NCBI GenBank assembly: GCA_950097015.1
Contig: CATNEN010000038.1
Location: 14,136,001-14,200,000, forward strand
Origin: Macrostomum hystrix
Lineage: Eukaryota > Animalia > Platyhelminthes
Length of the DNA: 64,000 nt
Reading direction: 5' to 3'
Below are positions 23,794 through 36,600 of the stretch, piece after piece; the stretch's first letter is position 1; every line of letters starts with the position of its first letter. The translations under genes and the position numbers were made by a program. The notes beneath the pieces were generated by a model. That model saw nothing but the letters and a program-made list of their open reading frames with translations, ran no database searches and was not told the DNA's origin.

Positions 23794-25194
23794 ATGGACA
23801 AGCTCATTGAAAAGTTGTCATCCGCCCAGCCTGACATTTTCAATTGCGTCTCGTTAAACTTGGCCCGCCTGCTGCCAGAGGATGAGCCGCCGCCGGAGTC
23901 CGATCGGCAGCTTCTTCTGCGGGCTCTGCACAGCCAAGTGGACCGGTGGCGCAGCGACGGCATTCGCGGCGTCGCCTGCAGTCTCGGACTGGACGCTGGC
24001 TCCTCGTCGCTGATTGCCGCGCTGGGCAGCGTCGGTTTTCGCTTTCATCACGCAGCCGGCTCGGCCTGCTACATGCTGCTCTGGCTGGATGATGGCGACT
24101 GCAATTATCCTCCCTACGCCACCCACACCATCGGCGCCGCAGGCCTGGTTATTCGCCCAGACACCGGCCAGATGCTAGTGGTCACCGAGGCCCACGAAAC
24201 TGGTCACGTTCGGAACTGGAAGCTGCCTGGAGGCTACGCTCATCTTGGCGAGGACATCTGCGAGGCCGCGATGCGAGAGGTTCGAGAAGAGACCGGCTTG
24301 GAGACTCACCCAGTTAATAATGGCCTGCTGGCCTTCCGGCATCTGCACGGGCATCGGTGGGGAATCGGCGACCTGTACTTTGCCTGCCTGCTGACGCCAG
24401 CGCCCGGAGCGACCGTCCGATTGGAGCCCGGCGGTGAAATCAGCGACTGCCGGTGCGGGGAGAGCAGTTTTATACTGGGCAGCGGGGACATTGCATGCAG
24501 GATTTCATTTGGGAAATTATTTGTCTAGACCGCATTGGCTCGGTGACTTGTCGCGCAATTTACGCCAAGGCAGAGCGAGAGACAGTCTCGAGACTGCAGC
24601 CTGACGATGAGGATGCTGACTTTGGACCTATTCGGTGCATCATGGTGCATCAGAATATTCAACCAATCGCTATTAAAATCCTGAACAAGTGCTAAAAATT
24701 TCCGCTCTCTTCGGATTTTGTTTGTTTTGTTTTGTTCTATATGGTGGACTCTCACGAAAATCGGTCATTCGGTTTCGTGAAGTATGCAGTGGGTAATTGA
24801 AATTCCCCCGTGGTCTCTTCCCCGGACAAAAATGCGTCTGAAGTTTTCAGGCAGTTGTATTGTATAGTTTAAAGCAAAATTTCCATGGTTAATTTTTAGA
24901 GTGTGCTCGGCCGTCAGTACAACTCACTCATTTCTCCTTGCTCCTAGTTGGCTTGACCCAGCCGAGTACGCTGCACAGCCCGACACATCTCAGACCAATC
25001 GCCTAATTGTTGACGCCTACCTGCGCCAAGTTCGCGACGGATCAACTCTAGGCGCCATCGGTCACCGTGAATACCTGGGCCGCGGTCAGACCCGGCCGAG
25101 CAGGTTCTACAGTGTGGAATCGGCTGCATCTAGACATGATAATGCCGACTCCGCTTCTGCCACTAAGGCGGCCACTTCGGAGTCCAAAATGTGA
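23794..25194 (+). CDS. NUDT6: Nudix hydrolase, NUDT6-like
   Basis: Exons 23794-24452 and 24948-25194 (phase 2). Nudix box GGYAHLGEDICEAAMREVREETGL; N-terminal GFRFHHA...YMLLWL...PPYATHTIGAAG typical of NUDT6 and plant NUDX2-like proteins. Confidence 0.85.
24545..24612 (+). mobile_element. Degenerate SINE-A fragment
   Basis: cttgtcgcgcaatttacgcc...aaggcagag...gcctgacgatgag. Confidence 0.5.
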
Positions 25195-27233
25195 GGCGAG
25201 TCTCGGTTATTGGCGGAACTCCTCCTCTGGAGGAAATTTGCCAACTTAGACTCTAGTAATGTGCATCTGTGTATAGGGATGTCTATTTTGCTTGCCTGTC
25301 AATTTTAAGGAAATAAAAGAATGAAGAATAAGACTGGAGCTTTGCACGCGTGAAGTTTGAACACCATCTTTCAAGTAAGTTACTTTAGCGCATATATACT
25401 AATATATTACAATGTGTCCATTTTTTTAACTCATCACACAATCTTGGGTAATTTTATTTCCTCATTACTTTATTATTTCTTTTCTTTGTCTTCCTTGCCT
25501 CGTTTTCATTGATTGATAAATTAACTGCAAGGACTACTATAAAAACCTTCTTTTATAGTCTAATTCTTAATGATATCTACTTTCTATACTTTTTAATTTA
25601 ATAACATTATTCAACTGTTGCATAGACTTTTAACCAAATACATGTATATTTGGCAGGGAAAACATTTTTTGTCTTAGCACTCCACTGCCTTAATTATTAC
25701 AAATTTTAAGCTCTTTGACGAACCAACAAGTTATCAAGTTGAATTTCAGGCTTTTTTGTTTTTTTTATTCTCAAAGCCATGCTGTATCCATTAGAGTCGT
25801 AATTAATAGTTCACCGCAGGCACGAAGATTAGTCCAATGATGAAAAGCTAGAGAGGATAAAATAACATCCGGACAATCTAAGTAATAAATAACGAAGAAG
25901 GATATTAGGCTACCGATCTCGAGATGGTCAAGTCAAAGCTGAAAGTACATTGTCAAGCTAAGTTAAATTCGAATTAAAAGGTGAAATTGTTCTTTGAAGC
26001 TTGCACCGATTTTCCGGTGTGCAGATCAGCTAGATATTTAGAATAGTATATCAAAATAAAAATTTAAACTTAGCTTTTATTATTGTAAAAAATTGTTTTT
26101 CTAGTTAAAACTTCTTTCTTCGTAAGGTCGTGAGACTACCAAAGCCCTTTTTTACAAAAGCACAACTCAATGACAAAAGCTTAAATCATTATTTTTCACG
26201 CATGTGAGTCGATTTCAATGCACATAATCAACACTAATAACGTCATTTATGATTTAATAAAAAAGTTTTAAAGTGATTTTAATTCTAAGTCCTATGAGTG
26301 TAAACTGCATTCTGTCTATGGATTCAGCTAAACTATTAGTACTTTAACTTTTTTTGCCTGCTAAACAGTGCCGCAAATCATGGCAACTGCAACTGCCAAC
26401 ATGTCTGCACTCTGCCAATATGGGTGCTGACCACTTCGGGGAAAGCCATATCGACGAAAGAACTCTTGGGCGAATCCACATCGGCGAAAGCTTAACCAGA
26501 CTATTTATAAGTATAATAGGACTCTACAGCACAAAATATATTATAATGAAGCTCTAAATAATACTGAAAAGCACTTTTTTGTTTAATTATGCAACTGATA
26601 GGGGCCTACCACTATATTGCAAGCTGTTAATTTGGTGTTCAACTTTATACTGATAATGTCAACAATTTTATGTCACATCCCTTTTTAGTGATTAAATACA
26701 TTACATATAGTTATAATTGACTGGTCAATTCCTTGGGACATAGCTGCCATGTCTCTGGGCATTGCCCACTCTATGACTAGTCACAGCCATTGTCCAGAAG
26801 CCTGTATGCCAAACTATGGTTTATGGCTAGCAAACTTTTTAATTATTTTACTTTTATTTGTGGATTTAAAATAACTTGCCAAGTAGATAACATTAGTCAA
26901 TTAAAATTTTGCTTTGCATCCTTGATAGCTAGCATTGAGCAATTTTAACTTAGGTTAAAACTTGTATAAAAGCCTTCACTATGAAACCCATTTTATTATT
27001 TTTTATTTAATTGATTAAGTTTGGGGGCCAATAACATTACAAATGCCTACTAAATTAGTTAAAACCAGTGCCTCCTTATCTTTAAATTGATAGTTAAGTT
27101 TGAAATGTTCTTTTTAATGTTATTCTCACTTTTTAGTTCTAATTTGCATGCTTGATGCTGACTGTGCACTCATTTTGAAAACAGTTGCAAAAGTTTTCAA
27201 ATTATTTATATAAGTTGTTCCATGGAATACTTA

Positions 27234-27475
27234 TATACATGCGCAACACCCGGCCAAACCAGCCAGGTGAAACGAGGGCCAAGCAAGGTAAGTTGCAAAA
27301 ACTAATCGACCAAGCGCAAAAAAATCAAAGGGGGGACCAAGGGACAAAAAATGAAGGTGTGAAGAAAAAGAAAGAAGGGAGAGAAAAAGAGAGCAAATGA
27401 GAGCAAACTAAGTTGTAAATAGAGCAAAAACTAAGTTGCATAGCCGGCTAAGATTTGGGAGGTTGCGCATGTATG
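27234..27475. mobile_element. Non-autonomous hAT-like MITE, 242 bp
   Basis: TIRs TATACATGCGCAAC / GTTGCGCATGTATG and an exact 8-bp target-site duplication AATACTTA at 27226-27233 and 27476-27483. Confidence 0.85.
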
Positions 27476-27739
27476 AATACTTATGTATTTTAAGTATTTT
27501 ATTTTCTTCTATGTTATGATTTGTTTTCTAGAGAATGTGCATTTAAGATTTTTTACCTAATTGCAGACTATTAAACAGTATTTTTTCAATTGTTTAAATA
27601 TTTATATAAATGTCTGCTATTCTTCACCATCATCTGTGTTGTATTTTCTACCAATTTTAAGGTGAAAATGATAGCAATACTACAATAATTTATAATTTTT
27701 TTGCAGCCAGCTTTTGCTCCACTCATTGTCGCCACAGGC

Positions 27740-30326
27740 ATGGGTTCAGCAGAATCAACTAGCCAAGATGAGCGCGGGCAGCGCAGCGGTGGTGGTGACA
27801 CAGTTACTATTGGCAACAAAGACACACTCATTAGTTTGGATTTGAATGCCAAACAGCTATGGGAGCGGCTGCATGGCCTCTCTGAGAATCTGGACTCCAC
27901 TCTGTCCTTGTATCCATTGCGTCATAGTGGCAGTAGGCACCAACAGCAGCAGCAGAATTTCTATTCCCGGGGCAGTATTCGCGACCTTGTGACTCGCTGC
28001 GTTGACATTATGGAAGGCCAACAGCAGGCCCTAGCCGCCAAGGATGCTCAGATTGCTCAGCTTCAGGCTCAGCTTTCAGCACTGACGAATCAGCCATCGT
28101 CTGCTGGCGGTTGTCATCAGCTGCAGCAACGCTGCAAGCAGCAGCAGCAGAGGCAGCTGCAGCAGTCCAAACAGCTAGCTAAGCACAGGCGCATCGCTAA
28201 AGCTCTAGCCACTAGGCGGGCTCGTAAGTTGAATAACGAGCTGGCTAGCCTGACCGCGCCATCGATTCACGACGATAAAGCAGCTGCTCGAAAGTTTCCA
28301 GCATTGCCAACTCTTGCTCTGCCTATCCAGCAGCAGCAGCAGCAGCAGCAGCTAAAGCAACAGTCAGATCTGGAACAGCCGACTGTGGAGCAGTCTGCCG
28401 GGCGCCAGCTTCGAACTCCGCAGCATCATCAGCTGCGTCCGGGAGCACAGACGGCTAACAATGCCGCAGTGATCAGTCAGAAGCGAATAAAACTGACTGG
28501 GGCCGGTAAGTTGTGTGCAGAAGATCAAGATAAAAGTTGACAAAAAGTGATGCTACACAACAGTTAGATAGGCTTATGGGGTGTTAGAAGGCGGACAAGG
28601 TGCGCATGGAACCTGTATCCACACGTGGCAGGCGGATGGTTGCCGACTAGGTTGCGAATGGAGGCAGTTAATGTCTGGCAACAGGGAAGATCTGGGCTGA
28701 GAGGGGGGGATAAAAGTTGACCGGGGTGGATAAAGACTGACAAAGGGCGGATAGAAGCTGACAGGGGGTAGAACGTATAAGTAGATAAAAGGTGGATAAA
28801 ATTCGTCAAGGGGCGAATTAAAGATGACAATGTGGCGGATTAAAGCTGACAAGGGCGGATTAAAGATGACAAGAGGGCGGATTAAAGATGACAAGGGGGC
28901 GGATCACACAAGGAAAGATGGCAAGGGGTGGATTAAAGATGGCAAGGGGTGGATTAAAGATGGCAAGGGGGGCGGATTAAGGATGGCAAGGGGGGTGGAT
29001 TAAAGATGGCAAGGGGGGGCGGATTAAGGATAGCAAGGGGGTGGATTAAAGATGGCAAGGAGGCGGATTAAAGCTGACAAGGGGGGGCGGATAAAAACTG
29101 ACAAGGGGGGTGGATTAAAGATGGCAAGGTGGCGGATTAAAGATGGCAAGGTGGCGGATTAAAGATGGCAAGGTGGCGGATTAAAGATGGCAAGGTGGCG
29201 GATTAAAGATGACTATAGGTTTGATAAAAACTGACGTAAGTTTTCTATTGAAAAGTAAAGTTCAGCTAGTTTAGGATGCGGCTTATTTTTCCTCCTCTTG
29301 AAATTTTAACAGGCGCCACCGCCAGACCGTCGCCTGCCAGCATCGAGACACCGGCCTGGCGAATTTGTGCGCCAACCAAAGCGACCTACAAGCTGGAGGG
29401 CACGGAGGATCTGTCAGATAAGCTGTACGAATCTTTGCACACTCGCCAGGAGGCCGACGAACGCCGGCGCAAGCTTTGGGACTTGCGTGCCCAGCGCGAA
29501 CGCGCCTACTACGATAGGCTTAAACAGAAGGCATTGCAGAGGGCCGCCAACGCGGCCGCCAAAGCTAAAGCCGACTTTGCCGCTTTGGCTGATCAGTCAG
29601 TGGCGGCGGCGGGCTCGGCCTCCACCGCGGCGTCTGGCACCACTAGAGACGACGAGACGACTAAGGAGCTGGACGACAAGACAAAAGTGCGACTGGTCGG
29701 CAAGCCCTTGCCCGATTATGAGCAGAGGTTTGTGTGCCACTCTACTGTAATTACTGAGACAGACACTGCTGCCACTCTACCAGGTCCCTAAGTAGCTCCT
29801 GCTGCCACTCTACCAGGTCCCTAAGTAGCTCCTGCTGCCACTCTACCAGGTCCCTAAGTAGCTCCTGCTGCCACTCTAAGTAGCTTAAGTAGCTCCTGCT
29901 GCCACTCTACCAGTCCCTAAGTAGCTCCTGCTGCCACTCTAAGTAGCTTAAGTAGCTCCTGCTGCCACTCTACCAGTCCCTAAGTAGCTCCTGCTGCCAC
30001 TCTAAGTAGCTTAAGTAGCTTCTGCTGCCACTCTACCAGGTCCCTAAGTAGCTCCTGCTGTCACTCTACCCGGTCCCTAAGTATAGATCTGTGTGGGTGT
30101 GACGCCACCCTCCAGTCCATGGACTGTGTTAGGGCTAATTTCCAACTTACCGCACCCTAACCGCATGTCCAGGTTGGCCAAGCTAATCAATTCAGCTGTC
30201 ACTTCCGCATCTCCGACGTCGTCTTCTTCAATGTCGTCCGTGTCCAGCTCGTCGATTGCCGGCTCGGCCGCAGCCGCAGCTCCGGTTGGTCGCGGCAGGC
30301 GCAGAAAACAGGCCGTGTCTCGCTAG
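27740..30326 (+). CDS. MSL1: Male-specific lethal 1 homolog (MSL complex scaffold)
   Basis: Exons 27740 (acceptor 27707)-28505, 29313-29727, 30173-30326 in frame. Coiled coil VDIMEGQQQALAAKDAQIAQLQ and PEHE domain IETPAWR...EDLSDKLYESLHTRQEADERRRKLWDLRAQRE resemble MSL1. Confidence 0.8.
28700..29215. repeat. About 22-25-bp minisatellite (GGCGGATTAAAGATGGCAAGG)n, MSL1 intron 1
   Basis: Degenerate 5' copies become homogeneous towards the 3' end. Confidence 0.92.
29768..30085. repeat. About 33-bp minisatellite (GCTGCCACTCTACCAGGTCCCTAAGTAGCTCCT)n, MSL1 intron 2
   Basis: About 10 units, two alternating variants. Confidence 0.93.
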
Positions 30327-30684
30327 AATGGTGCTCTGATTGGCCGGAGTAGGGAATCGATGCCAGATCGGGTAGAGAGTTTACTGGATGGCGTCTAGAC
30401 CAGGGGTATACCAAATACTCGCCCAAAACTCGCGTATAATTCGTTTTACACATTTAATGTGCGCGATTTTTTGTTTCTTTGTCGCATCGAAATGATAAGG
30501 TCACTCTTTTAATAAAACTATTGTTTAAGAGAGGCATGTTGCGATTTCTGTTTGTTGCGATTAGTAATATTTTTAGAATAATATTTTCTATTATATCTTC
30601 TATTAATTATGTTCAGTTCACACTAGATAAAAAAGGTGTAAACAATATATTTACCCAAGCTACCAAAAGTTCAAACGAAAAATA

Positions 30685-32390
30685 TGACAATCCAGTTTTT
30701 TAGAATTGCAAGTTAGAGAATCCTGTTTCTTAGAATGGCAAGTTAGATAATACAGTTCCTTAGAATGGCAAGTTAGATAATACAGTTCCTTAGAATGGCA
30801 AGTTAGAGAATCCAGTTTCTTAGAATGGCAAGTTAGATAAAATAGTTTCTTAGAATTGTGACTTAGAGAATCCAGTTTCTTAGAATAGCAAGTTAGAGAA
30901 CCCAGTTTTTTATAATGGCAAGTTAGAGAACCCAGTTCCTTAGAATGGCAAGTTAGAGAATCCAGTTTCTTAGAATGGCAAGTTAGATAATACAGTTCCT
31001 TAGAATGGCAAGTTAGATAATATAGTTCCTTAGAATGGCAAGTTAGATAATATAGTTCCTTAGAATGGCAAGTTAGATAATACAGTTCCTTAGAATGGCA
31101 AGTTAGAGAATCCAGTTTCTTAGAATGGCAAGTTAGATAATATAGTTCCTTAGAATGGCAAGTTAGATAATATAGTTCCTTAGAATGGCAAGTTAGAGAA
31201 TCCAGTTTCTTAGAATGGCAAGTTAGAGAATCCAGTTTCTTAGAATGGCAAGTTAGAGAATCCAGTTTCTTAGAATGGCAAGTTAGATAATACAGTTCCT
31301 TAGAATGGCAAGTTAGATAATATAGTTCCTTAGAATGGCAAGTTAGATAATACAGTTCCTTTGAATGGCAAGTTAGAGAATCCTGTTTCTTAGAATGGCA
31401 AGTTAGATAATATATTTCCTTAGAATGGCAAGTTAGAGAATCCAGTTTCTTAGAATGGCAAGTTAGATAATACAATTTCTTAGAATTGTGAGTTAGAGAA
31501 TCCAGTTTCTTAGAATGGCAAGTTAGATAAAATAGTTTCTTAGAATTGTGACTTAGAGAATCCAGTTTCTTAGAATAGCAAGTTAGAGAACCCAGTTTTT
31601 TATAATGGCAAGTTAGAGAACCCAGTTTCTTAGAATGGCAAGTTAGAGAACCCAGTTTCTTAGAATGGCAAGTTAGATAATACAGTTTCTTAGAATTGTG
31701 AGTTAGAGAATCCAGTTTCTTAGAATGGCAAGTTAGATAAAATAGTTTCTTAGAATTGTGACTTAGAGAATCCAGTTTCTTAGAATAGCAAGTTAGAGAA
31801 CCCAGTTTTTTATAATGGCAAGTTAGAGAACCCAGTTTCTTAGAATGGCAAGTTAGAGAACCCAGTTTCTTAGAATGGCAAGTTAGATAATACAGTTTCT
31901 TAGAATTGTGAGTTAGAGAATCCAGTTTCTTAGAATGGCAAGTTAGATAAAATAGTTTCTTAGAATTGTGACTTAGAGAATCCAGTTTCTTAGAATAGCA
32001 AGTTAGAGAACCCAGTTTTTTATAATGGCAAGTTAGAGAACCCAGTTTCTTATAATGGCAAGTTAGAGAACCCAGTTTCTTAGAATGGCAAGTTAGATAA
32101 TACAATTTCTTAGAATTGTGAGTTAGAGAATCCAGTTTCTTAGAATTGTGAGTTAGAGAATCCAGTTTCTTAGAATTGTGAGTTAGAGAACCCAGTTTCT
32201 TATAATTGTGAGTTAGAGAATCCAGTTTCTTAGAATTGTGAGTTAGAGAATCCAGTTTCTTATAATTGTGAGTTAGAGAATCCAGTTTCTTAGAATTGTG
32301 AGTTAGAGAATCCAGTTTCTTAGAATTGTGAGTTAGAGAATCCAGTTTCTTAGAATTGTGAGTTAGAGAATCCAGTTTCTTAGAATTATA
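30685..32390. repeat. 30-bp satellite (TCCAGTTTCTTAGAATGGCAAGTTAGAGAA)n with 210-bp higher-order structure
   Basis: About 57 units with no indels; a block of 7 variant units recurs at 31501, 31711 and 31921. Confidence 0.95.
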
Positions 32391-33239
32391 AATAAGATTA
32401 AAAGTGAAAATGCTGCTCCCAAGCTCTTAGCCGGTGTTGTATTATAGTGGCCCTTCCATCTATTGTCTGTCTCAGTCTACTATATATATATATGCGTGCG
32501 TAGACTACTTACTAGTAGTAGTATTTTTGGCGCACCGCTTTTTATTTCCTGTTTCGCCGCGTGTTTGTTTGTTAGCAAAAAGATATTTTTTGTTATTCAT
32601 ACTAAAAGGTAATAATAATGCTTATATTATTATTATTGTTATTGTTACTATTATTACCGGTATTGCAGCCCCCTGTTGCTATGCTCATGTTTTTCTCTCT
32701 GCTTTTTAAATGCGCTTGTATCAAAGCTTTCGTTTTTTTAATTTAAATTTTCTATTAACAAAAATTAATTCGGAATAGCTTAAAGCTGCTTTCTCGCCGC
32801 CCACGTTACTACTGACCTCTCCAGTAGCATGTTAAGCCCGCTTACGCTTCTATTATAATTGAAAAGTGAAAAGTGTTTATTATGTTAGGTTCATGAATCG
32901 ATAGTTCCATATTGTAACAGTATATAGGAAATCTGCATTCTAAATTGTAATGATTTTCACTGGAAAAATAATGATTATTAAGTTTGCATCTCTTGTCTGT
33001 TCATAATTCATAACTAACTATACGAGTATATGTGCTCTAAAAGATTGCGCAGAATCCACCGTAAAATAACAGCCATTGTCACTTTTTGCAAGGTTAATTA
33101 GTTATTTTCATTACATTAGAAGCAATCATAATTAAATCTGTAAATGTTTTTCCCTTCATATATCATCTTATTTAATTTGTCTTCTATAAAATCATTACTT
33201 TGAACGCTTTTTGGCCTACTTCAAAATCTATTCTTCACA

Positions 33240-33572
33240 GATTAGGAATTCAATATTCCCTAATCCTCAGATTGGAAATACAATATCCCTAATCCTCAGA
33301 TTGGGAATACAATATCCCTAATCCTCAGATAAGAACTCAGGACTATATTTCCTAATACTCCGATAAGAAATCCAATATTCCCTAATCCTCAGATAAGAAA
33401 TTCAATGTTCCCTAATCCTCAGATAAGAAATCCAATATTCCATAATCCTCAGATTAGAAATCCTTTATTCCCTAATCCTAAGATAAGAAATCCAATATTC
33501 CATAATCCTCAGAATAGAAATCCTTTATTCCATAATCCTCGGATAAGAATTCGAATATTCCCCGATCCTCAC
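33240..33572. repeat. 30-bp minisatellite (AATCCTCAGATAAGAAATCCAATATTCCCT)n just upstream of CAD
   Basis: About 11 units ending about 45 nt before the acceptor at 33615. Confidence 0.92.
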
Positions 33573-33636
33573 ACCAAAAGTGCACAGTAATCAAATCGGG
33601 AATGGTGCATTGCAGCTACCGAGTCGCTGCTCCATA

Positions 33637-36600
33637 ATGCCCCCAACAGCTGCAGCCGGTGTTGCCGCCGGCACAGTCGCCGTGAAGCCCAGGCGAGCCC
33701 GTCTGATTCTGGAATGTCGAGAGGCAGTCGCTGGAGGCGGCAGTCGCCGATTCGAGCAGGAAGGCTACATGTTTGGCGCGGTACGCAGCGTCAGCGGTGA
33801 AGTGGTGTTCCAGACTGGTATGGTTGGCTACGTGGAGTCACTGACGGATCCATCTTATAAGAACCAGATGCTTGTCCTCACCTATCCGCTAATTGGCAAT
33901 TATGGCATTCCTAGCGAAGAGGACGTAGATCAATTGGGTTTGATGCGCTGGTTCGAATCTAGCCGAATTCACGCGGCGGCTCTGATAGTTTACAGCCACG
34001 GCTACGGCAAGCATTCGCACTGGAATGCTAAGAAGAGTCTGCACGCCTGGCTGGAAGAGCAGGATGTGCCGGGATTCTTCGGCGTTGACACCAGGCGGTT
34101 GACTAAATTCCTGCGCGATCGCGGCTGCGTCCTTGGCCGGATTGTACTGGAAGGCGAGTCGCCGGAATCTATTCCGCTGGTTGACCCGGATCGGGAGAAC
34201 CTGGCAGCTCTGTGAGTGCTTGTTCATGACGCCATCTAGCAGGGGGTGGGTGGCTGACTCTCGCGCCAAGGTCCCCGAGCTCGATTCCGCGGCGCGGCCA
34301 CATTCACAGCCATCTTAACAGTATACTACTGATGAGCACCATCAGTAGTATACGAGCTCGTAGTTGATTGACGAGCAGTCGGTGGCAGAGCGGTTAACGC
34401 ATTTGCCTCTCGCATCAAGGTCCCTAAGTTCGATTCCACGGCGAGGCCACATTTTTTTGGGGCGCAGCCGCGGAGAGAAGGCTTAGGGAGTTAGGGGGGC
34501 TTGTGGTGTAATTTACGCCCTTGAGGACCAACGTCAAATGCACAGTGAAATGTACACTGCCTGACGATGAGAAACTCGGGGCATATGTACACACCTGAGT
34601 GAGGGTACAAGCATATGTACCAAGCATATTTTCTTACTTACTTTATACGCACGTATAACAAATCAGTGCTCGCATCATTCACAACCAATCACCCAGGGTG
34701 TCAACCAAGTCGCCGCAGATCTTCAATCCCAACGGTAGCGTTAGAATCGCTGCCATAGACGTTGGCATCAAGTTCAACCAGATTCGCTGCCTCTGCCGTC
34801 TGGGCGCCCGAGTTGACGTCCTGCCGTGGGATGCCAAAGTAGATCCGGCAGAATATGACGCAATGTTTGTGTCCAATGGACCAGGAAATCCAACCCACTG
34901 TCAGGTGAGAGGCTTTGATTTGACAGCTAATTTCAAAACCCCGATTCAAATATTTTGCTTTTTTTATGAAGTAAACTAAGGCAGCCGCCCCTATGAACTA
35001 AAATCCCTATGAACTAAAATCCCTATGAACTAGAATCCCTATATGAACTAAAATCCCTATGAACTAGAATCCCTATGAAATAGGAATCCCCATGAAAGAG
35101 AATCCCTATGAACTAGAATCCCTATGAAATAGGAATCCCTATGAAATCCCTATGATTCACAGAATCCCAATTCGCTAGAATCCCAATTCACTAGAATCCA
35201 ATTTCACAGAATCCCAAAAAACGACTTGCGTAGATTCCCAACTTACAGAATCCCAAAAAGCCCAACTCACAGAATCACTAGAATCCTAATTACTGAATCC
35301 CATGAATGCCATCGGCAGGCCACCGTGCAGAACATCAGAGCCTGGATAGGCAGCGGCAAGCCCCTATTCGGCATCTGCTTCGGGCACCAGCTCACCGCCC
35401 TAGCCATCGGTTGCGTCACTTATAAAATGAAATTCGGCAATCGCGGCCACAACCAGCCATGCCTGCACCCGCCAACTGGCCGCTGCTTCATCACTACTCA
35501 GAATCACGGCTACGCGGTTGACAACGGCTCCGTGCATCCCGACTGGGAGATCCTGTTTGTCAATGCCAATGATAGATCTAATGAAGGTGATTGTTATCAC
35601 TTTTGCTCACCCTGTTCCGTTACTTTTCGTCCAAGGTATAATTCGTTACTTTAGTTCCGTTAATCGTTCATACATTTTTTTAATAGTCATTCAGACTTTA
35701 GAAAGGTTACAGTGGCAGGGCGCATCAAGGTCCCTGAGCTCGATTCCGCGGCAAGGCCACACAATTCATTTTGTGTGGCTTAAATGCATCTAACGATTAG
35801 AAAGTCATGGCAGATGTTCACACCTGCGTGAGCGAGTGCTTGTGCAGTATCTGTGCTCAGGAGTCAGCGAAATAAGCCGAATTGCCTTATCGCTGGCTGC
35901 GGGTCTAGTGTCACCAAACAATGTACCATTGCCAGCAACCCTCCTGCAATTATTATTATTATTACTATTATCCAGACTTGACCGCAATGTTCTTAGTTTC
36001 GTAGTTGTTTTGTTTAATTCCTAGAAAAAAGGAAGAATAATTGTTATTGTTGTTGATCCCATCCTACAGGCCTTGTACATCGCAGCCAGCCATTCTTCAC
36101 TGTACAATTCCACCCGGAGCATTGCGCCGGTCCGCGCGACCTGCGCTGCCTATTCGACGTCTTCTTCGACCAGATCGAAGCCTCGCGCGGCTCCGGCGAC
36201 GCGTCGATCACCCTCTACGAGAGGCTTATGAGAAAATTCCGCTATTCCGCCAGGCCGCACGAGCTTCAGCTGCAGCGCCTGCGGTCCACCGATTCGCCAG
36301 TTGAGTCGCCTGTGCGCAATGTTCTCATTCTAGGCTCCGGCGGCTTGTCCATCGGTCAGGCCGGCGAATTCGACTACTCTGGCTCCCAGGCTTTGAAGGC
36401 CCTGAAGGAGGAGGGCGTCAGGACTGTGCTGATCAACCCTAATATTGCCACAGTGCAAACCTCCACCGGTATGGCTGATAAGGTCTACTTCCTGCCAATC
36501 ACCGTGGATTATGTCAAGCAGGTGAGCACTTGCGTGTGCTTTTGCGGAGCGTTGGTTTTTTAGCGTCGGACTCTCGCTTTAGAGTTCGGGGGTTCGATTC

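Noticed and set aside
26424-26500. Repeated cggcgaaa-like words resembling a DNA-transposon subterminal region
   Set aside because: No matching opposite end or TSD found in the window.
32430-32860. Possible CAD promoter with E2F-like words (TTTTGGCGC, TTTCGCCGC)
   Set aside because: Short motifs with no TSS evidence; not distinguishable from chance.
34382-34450. tRNA gene at SINE heads (A-box and B-box present)
   Set aside because: No convincing cloverleaf; the heads continue into a shared SINE body and (ATT)n tail.
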